DNA of 63,607 nucleotides, filler included, from Choristocarpus tenellus KU-1152 (Eukaryota > Protista > Phaeophyceae), in the NCBI GenBank assembly GCA_964200185.2. It is 12 parts of 12 records of this genome, joined end to end, with 100 filler letters (N's around TTAATTAATTAA, not from the genome) between each part and the next. Parts side by side here need not be neighbours in the genome. Positions count along the whole stretch, not along the records: positions 61,028 to 63,607 come from CAXNAD020026582.1; 11 more parts are not named here. One strand, written 5' to 3'. Of this stretch, positions 62,120 through 63,607 are shown one piece after another (the first letter of the stretch is position 1; each line of letters begins with the position of its first letter). The notes under the pieces were generated by a model that saw only the letters and a program-made list of their open reading frames with translations, made no database searches and was not told the origin of the DNA. The translations under genes and the position numbers were made by a program.

Positions 62120-63607
62120 GCCTTTACTATTACCATGCACTTACTGTTGTTCTCGTTGCACCCACCACCAGGGCACTGTGCTCTATGCACCAAAGCCCGA
62201 GCGAGCTTTTCCGAGCAATAGATGATTGGTTCATGCCTAATACAGGGGGTAATAGCCAACAATTGTTCCGTGAGTTTTTCACTTCAAAGGTGGAGAAGGG
62301 GGCGAATCCGATCCTGACCTTAGACCACTTGGAAGAGCTACGAGGGAGGATGCTATCAATGGACCTGGTCATCTCGGATAAGCTGCTGCTTCTACAGTTC
62401 CTGAGTGTTCTCGGATCAGATTATGAAACCGAGATACACATGATGGCCTCGGAGAGAACGCTATGTCGGAGCAGACGTAGAGAAACTGCTAGAGAGCGAT
62501 ATGCTTCCCTTCATCAGGGGAAGGTCTCAAGACACAAGAACAGCCATGCTTTGGTCGTTAACAGCTCATCACAAGGGAAGAATTAGTCTCATCGCAACGG
62601 CCAAGGTCGCGGATCGAACGTAAATTTCATGGTGGAAGAAATAAAAATGGTTCTAATTCCAACCCAAAATGTTCCGAGAAGATTCCTTGTGAGAGAGATG
62701 TGGAAAGCGTGGACATGAGAAGACAGCTTGCCCAAACCGCATTTGCACCAAGTGTGATGGACGTGCCCATGATGCAACGGCATGTGCTTCGGTGGCCTTG
62801 ACTACGGTGCAGTCTGGGAAAGAAGAGATCGAGACCGAGGCGAATCCTTCCCACAATACAGTGGAATGTACCACCAGCTGCGGCGAAAACGAGCGATACG
62901 CTCTACTGGTCGCCACTGAGGACTCTCCGAGCAGCAATGCTCCAGGCAAGTGTGGGGAAAACGAATGTTTGGTGTCAAGTGTTGGGGTTGGCCACGAGAA
63001 AGAAGGATGGATTTTGGACAGTGCAACTTCATGTCACATAAAAAATATGATAACAAACATGACAAATTACAAGCCTTGTGTTGGAGACAAAAGGGTAGTC
63101 ACTGCCAGCCAAAATTTCTTTTGCATCGCTGGTCATGGTGATCTAACCATCTTGTTTCCGTCACGTGACAACAAGGAGGTAGAAATACTCCTTCAAAATG
63201 TCGCCCGTGTCCCCAATCTTGGATTCAGTTTTTTTTTTGCCAAGCAGCAGCTGATAGGGGTGCGAAAGGCATTTTCACAGCCAGTATATTCTCGTTGTTA
63301 GATGGAATACTTACCTTCACAAGAGATCCTGGTTACCATTACACCCTCCATGGTCAACTCATGTTGCCGCGACTAGATCGAAATGCTGAAGTTGCTTTAA
63401 AGGCCCCTATAGCCCATTCGCTTGCACCCCACGTTCCCCACACCGAGATCGACATTAACCTCTTCCACTGCTCTTATGGCCACACACACGAGGCAAGTCC
63501 ATCGCCATTTCAATGGGCATTACATTGGTGGGTGAGCTGGAGCCATGTGCGGGCTGCTCTATGAGCAAGGGCATACGGAAGGGCGTCCGGTCCAGCACGT
63601 CTTCAAG
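62120..63607 (+). mobile_element. Ty1/copia LTR retrotransposon gag-protease-GAG-pre-integrase region, decayed, no 5' LTR seen
   Basis: UBN2-type gag (SPSELFRAIDDWFMP...FLSVLGSDYETE), two CCHC knuckles (RCGKRGHEKTAC, CTKCDGRAHDATAC), protease WILDSATSCHI, and pre-integrase DINLFHCSYGH...CAGCSMSKG, with frameshifts. Confidence 0.92.

Overview
Eukaryotic, intron-rich, TE-rich sequence. A stramenopile, probably a brown alga, is inferred from the TE types and gene structure. The window is not one locus: it is 12 contigs joined by 11 artificial 100-nt linkers (N44-TTAATTAATTAA-N44), so adjacency across linkers means nothing. Partial host genes rebuilt by hand from splice sites: a FANCJ/BRIP1-type Fe-S DNA helicase (6984-12004, +), the C-terminal exons of a GRP170/HYOU1 Hsp70 chaperone (-), an ascorbate peroxidase (-), an AAAP/SLC38-type amino-acid transporter (+), a coiled-coil/RGG-rich C-terminus that may be eIF3a (-), a signal-peptide N-terminus and a decayed Cys-rich CRFC-repeat gene. 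Mobile DNA: two decayed plant-type mariner copies, a large family of MITEs with shared TIRs (at 10 of the 22 internal contig ends), RTE and RLE-type LINE fragments, copia and gypsy remnants. The best candidate for something undescribed is the CpG-rich spliced gene at 16123-19633, which appears to join a ParB/Spo0J-like helical and HTH module to an 18-nt-repeat acidic-Gly linker and an atypical C4HC3 (PHD-like) zinc finger. A sharp contrast between CpG-rich 5' ends and CpG-depleted gene bodies suggests historical CpG methylation. All family assignments come from motif recognition by eye; no searches were run.
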